Below are positions 50,193-53,894 of a stretch of DNA of 53,894 nt, one piece after another. The notes under the pieces were generated by a model. That model was not told where the DNA came from. It did no database searches and worked only from the letters and a program-made list of their open reading frames with translations. The position numbers and the translations under genes are program-made. Positions within the stretch are counted from its first letter, which is position 1. The number at the start of each line of letters is the position of its first letter. The DNA is taken from the NCBI RefSeq assembly GCF_001194135.2, contig NC_068986.1:73670292-73724185 (forward strand), in the 5' to 3' direction. The DNA is from Octopus bimaculoides. Its lineage: Eukaryota.

Positions 50193-50264
50193 TGTGGTGT
50201 AGCATTGTTAGTTGTTGCGTTGCACAAGTAAATATTGAAATCAAATCTCTCTCTATATATATAT

Positions 50265-50680
50265 TCATTACTCTCTTTTACTTGTTTCAATCATTTGACT
50301 GCGGCCATGCTGGAGCACCACCTTTAGTCGAGCAAATCGACCCCAGGACTTATTCTTTGTAAGCCTAGTACTTATTCTATCGGTCTCTTTTGCCAAACCG
50401 CTAAATTACAGGGATATAAACACACCACCATCGGTTGTCAAGTGATGTTGGGGGGACAAACACAGACACACAAACACACAAACACACACATATATATATA
50501 CATATACATATATATGACGGGCTTCTTTCAGTTTCCATCTACCAAATCCACTCACAAGGCTTTGGTCGGCCTGAGGCTATAGTAAAAGACACTTCCCCAA
50601 GGTGCCATGCAGTGGGACTGAACCCGGAACCATGTGGCTGGTAAGCAAGCTACTTGCCACAAAGCCACTCCTGCACCTAT
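50265..50680 (-). mobile_element. SINE family A, well-preserved full copy
   Basis: 4 differences from the 47250 copy over about 100 nt of the 3' module. Confidence 0.95.
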
Positions 50681-50684
50681 ACAT

Positions 50685-51089
50685 ATATATCATAAAGTAA
50701 ATGGAGAGTTGAACAGAGCTTAATCAATTTATTTACATTCTGTCAATTATATAAGCCTACAATCGTTTTCATATCAATCTTCATTCAAATTGCAATTAAG
50801 ATTGCATTATGAAATAACAAGTGTAGATATTTCTTCAGGGCACACACATACATAAATAAACACATGCTGCTATTTTAGTCTGTTGATGAACGCTCAATCT
50901 ATTAGGATGTAAAAACAAATGTGTTGATTTTCACCCTGAAGAAATATCTACCATCGTTATTTCATAATGCAAGTTTAATTGTAATTTGAATGAAGATTGA
51001 TATAGAATGATCATAGGCTTATATAATTAACAAAATGTAAGTAAATTGATTAAGATCTGTTCAAACTCTCCATTTTCTTTATGATATAT
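50685..51089. mobile_element. Long-TIR MITE (arms about 156 bp, spacer 93 bp)
   Basis: Arms 50685-50840 and 50934-51089 (atatatcataaag.aaatggagag...gtagatatttcttcaggg). Confidence 0.88.
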
Positions 51090-51344
51090 TTCTATAGCTA
51101 TACCCACATACATTTTTCTAACTATTTGGGCACTCACCTTCCTATATATGTATATGTATATATATATGTATGCACGTATAAGTGCTACCACACAAAACTG
51201 TTGGCCCTTGAGTCACTCTGTTGCTTTTGCTAAATATCAATAAAAAATATACAAATACTCATATTTTGAGTTATATTTTTCCTGTTTGCATCACCATACC
51301 AATGAATGTGTGAGTGTGTGTATACACACACACACACACACATA

Positions 51345-51564
51345 TGGGGGGGGGGGCTGAAAAGTTCCTGGCTTTAAAGGTGTCACAAAAGGCCTGGTTG
51401 ATGGCCCAACCTTCCAAGGTCTTTTACAGGGCTTAGAAAAATTGAAGGACCACTGCAATATATATGTGAATCTGAGAGGGGAAATATGTTGAAGAAAATT
51501 ATAATTAACTGATCCTCTTGTATTTTCTTTTACCCAAAGCCAGGAACCTTTCAGCACCCCCTTG
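51345..51564. mobile_element. Mariner-derived MITE, complete
   Basis: TIRs gggggctgaaaagttcctggcttt and aaagccaggaacctttcagcacccc, TA on both sides. Confidence 0.9.
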
Positions 51565-51599
51565 TATGTATATATGTATGTTTATATACATTTATATAT

Positions 51600-51826
51600 G
51601 TTCTTTTATTCTTCTATTTGTCTCAGTATTTTTACTATGGTCATGCTAGAGCACCGCCTTAGAGGGATTTTTAGTTGAACAAATCAATCCTAGGACTTCT
51701 TTTTTTTAAGCCTAGTATTTATTCTATCGGTCTCTTTTGTTATGGGCTGCTAAGTTACGGACATATAAACACACCAGCACTGGTTGTCAAGTGATGGTTG
51801 GAGGGACAAACACAGACATAACGACA

Positions 51827-51868
<42 letters not shown>

Positions 51869-52045
51869 CATGCATACATACATACATACATATATACAAT
51901 GGCCTTCTTTCAGTCTCCATCTGCCAAATACACTCACAAAGCTTTGGTAGGACTGAGGCTATATTAGAAGACACTTGCCCAAGATGCCATGCAGTGAGAC
52001 TGAACCCGCACCAGGTGGTTGAGAAGCAAGCTTCTTGCCACACAC
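51600..52045 (-). mobile_element. SINE family A
   Basis: Reverse complement of the A consensus with an internal CA/TACA microsatellite. Confidence 0.9.
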
Positions 52046-52127
52046 AGCCACACACACACACACAGACACACACACACAGACAGACACACACACACACACA
52101 GCCACATACACACACACNNNNNNNNNN

Positions 52128-52186
<59 letters not shown>

Positions 52187-52854
52187 AACATTTATAATGT
52201 ATGTATTGAAAGAAGATCCACGTATCTGCATTCGAAAACAGGCTAAAGTTAATCCTTTTATTTATTCTCTTTGTTTAACTTCTGAAACTTCATTTGATAT
52301 GTGACAAAGAAAACTCCTCTGGAATTTATTTCTTGCCAACTTAGTTTTCACTCTCTTTATATGCAGTTTCATCTTTATGTGATTTTTATTGCCATTTCAC
52401 TCAGCGTCTTCATTTTCTCACTAAATACTTTTATCCATCTTTAATTACCTATGAAATTCTAGTATCGTTTCTTTTCATTCAAGTCTTCATTGTAAAAGTA
52501 TTTTCTGTTTTCTTTATTCCATCGTTGGCCATTATTCCAAAATTGTTACTTTATTTTTCTTCTCAGTTTGTCGTCCTCATGGGATTAATTTTTGATGAAA
52601 TGTTTCAGATAAATTGCTGAAAGAAGAGAAATATCACAATAGTTGTTGTTAAAAGTACCTATGAAATCTCCCCCATTTTTCTCCTTTTTTTTTTTACCTA
52701 ATTACATATTTACAAATGTTTGTGTCTGCAGCCACAAATATTTGTTTACATGCACACACATACAGTCACACATATGAATGTGTGTGTGTGTGTGTGCCTT
52801 TGTGTTTCTTCATGACATTAGTAATTACGATAATGATGGTAAATATTTAAATAG

Positions 52855-53288
52855 ACACAGGTGTGGTTGTATGGCATGAAGTTTGATTTTTTTATTTGCA
52901 TGTTTCAGGGTTCAGTACCCCTGCATGGCACCTTGGCAAGTTTCTTCTACTATAACCCCAGGCTATAGTGAATTCNNNNNNNNNNNNNNNNNNNNNNNNN
53001 NNNNNNNNNNNNNNNNNNNNNNNNNNNNNNNNNNNNNNNNNNNNNNNNNNNNNNNNNNNNNNNNNNNNNNNNNNNNNNNNNNNNNNNNNNNNNNNNNNNN
53101 NNNNNNNNNNNNNNNNNNNNNNNNNNNNNNNNNNNNNNNNNNNNNNNNNNNNNNNNNNNNNNNNNNNNNNNNNNNNNNNNNNNNNNNNNNNNNNNNNNNN
53201 NNNNNNNNNNNNNNNNNNNNNNNNNNNNNNNNNNNNNNNNNNNNNNNNNNNNNNNNNNNNNNNNNNNNNNNNNNNNNGAAAGAGAGTG

Positions 53289-53321
<33 letters not shown>

Positions 53322-53520
53322 ATGTGTGCGTGTGTGTGTGTATTTGTATTTGTCCCCCACCACTGCTTTACAACCATTGTTGGCTTGTTTAAATTCCTGT
53401 AACAGTGGCTCAAAAAAACTGATGGAATAAGTATCAGGTTTTAGAATAAGTGCTGGGGTCAATTTGTTCAACTAAATCCTTGAAGGTGGTGCCCCTGCAT
53501 GGTCGCAGTCCTTGAATTCA
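52855..53520 (+). mobile_element. SINE family A spanning a gap
   Basis: Head before the N-run and 3' module after it. Confidence 0.82.
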
Positions 53521-53846
53521 AGTCTTATAAAATGTCTATGTGTATGTATGTATGTATGTTTGTGTATGTGTATGTGTGCTAACCACTCATACTGTCAACA
53601 ACTGCTCTGTATTGTGTGGTTAAATGACTAACTGTTTTTAGTTCAACAGTGGCTGACAAGGTGACTAATCACTGAAATGTAGAGATATTCCATGAAGCGA
53701 CATGTAGTAAACATTATATGTTTTCTTTGTAGTCAAGGTCTATTTTCCCGTATTTATTTAATTCACATAGATATATAATCCTACCACTGTCTACCTGTTT
53801 GGTCTTTCTGTGTGTGTGTGTGTTTGTACAAGCACCCATCCCCCCC

Positions 53847-53894
<48 letters not shown>

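Noticed and set aside
52566-52620. Strong acceptor ttttcttctcag
   Set aside because: Stops in all frames and no donor.
241-53471. The provided ORFs as protein-coding genes
   Set aside because: They are short, dominated by dinucleotide or trinucleotide repeats or N-runs, or are out-of-frame readings of SINEs. Only fragments within TE remnants show protein motifs.
1-53894. CRISPR arrays, rRNA genes, prokaryotic operons or defence systems
   Set aside because: This is eukaryotic repeat-rich DNA. The recurring motifs are dispersed SINE modules and not regularly spaced repeat-spacer units.

Overview
AT-rich, repeat-dense animal DNA with ten N-gaps. The SINE and RTE-tail families look like those of Octopus, so the taxon is inferred. 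There is no intact long ORF, and nearly all entries in the ORF track come from microsatellites or N-runs. The window is best read as the 5' part of a large + strand gene with very long introns. Two splice-supported exons were found: a 40-nt non-coding exon whose acceptor is immediately followed by GTGAGT (recursive-splice or ratchet geometry, 18318-18357), and a probable first coding exon encoding a signal-peptide-like N-terminus (27778-27866, ATG at 27786). The rest is a TE graveyard: about 35 tRNA-derived SINE and RTE-tail copies (working labels A-E); RTE, CR1, R4/Dong-like and L1/Tx1-like LINE remnants; a Gypsy pol remnant; a full-length decayed Tc1; Tigger and mariner remnants; mariner, piggyBac and long-TIR MITEs; and short Helitrons. 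The most unusual items are a Penelope-type minimal hammerhead ribozyme fold (48428-48495), an intron-containing pre-tRNA-Ile(UAU) copy joined to a SINE tail (22194-22401), and a 74-bp-arm hairpin (29928-30080). All calls were made by eye with no database searches. Repeat boundaries are approximate unless a TSD or TIR is quoted.
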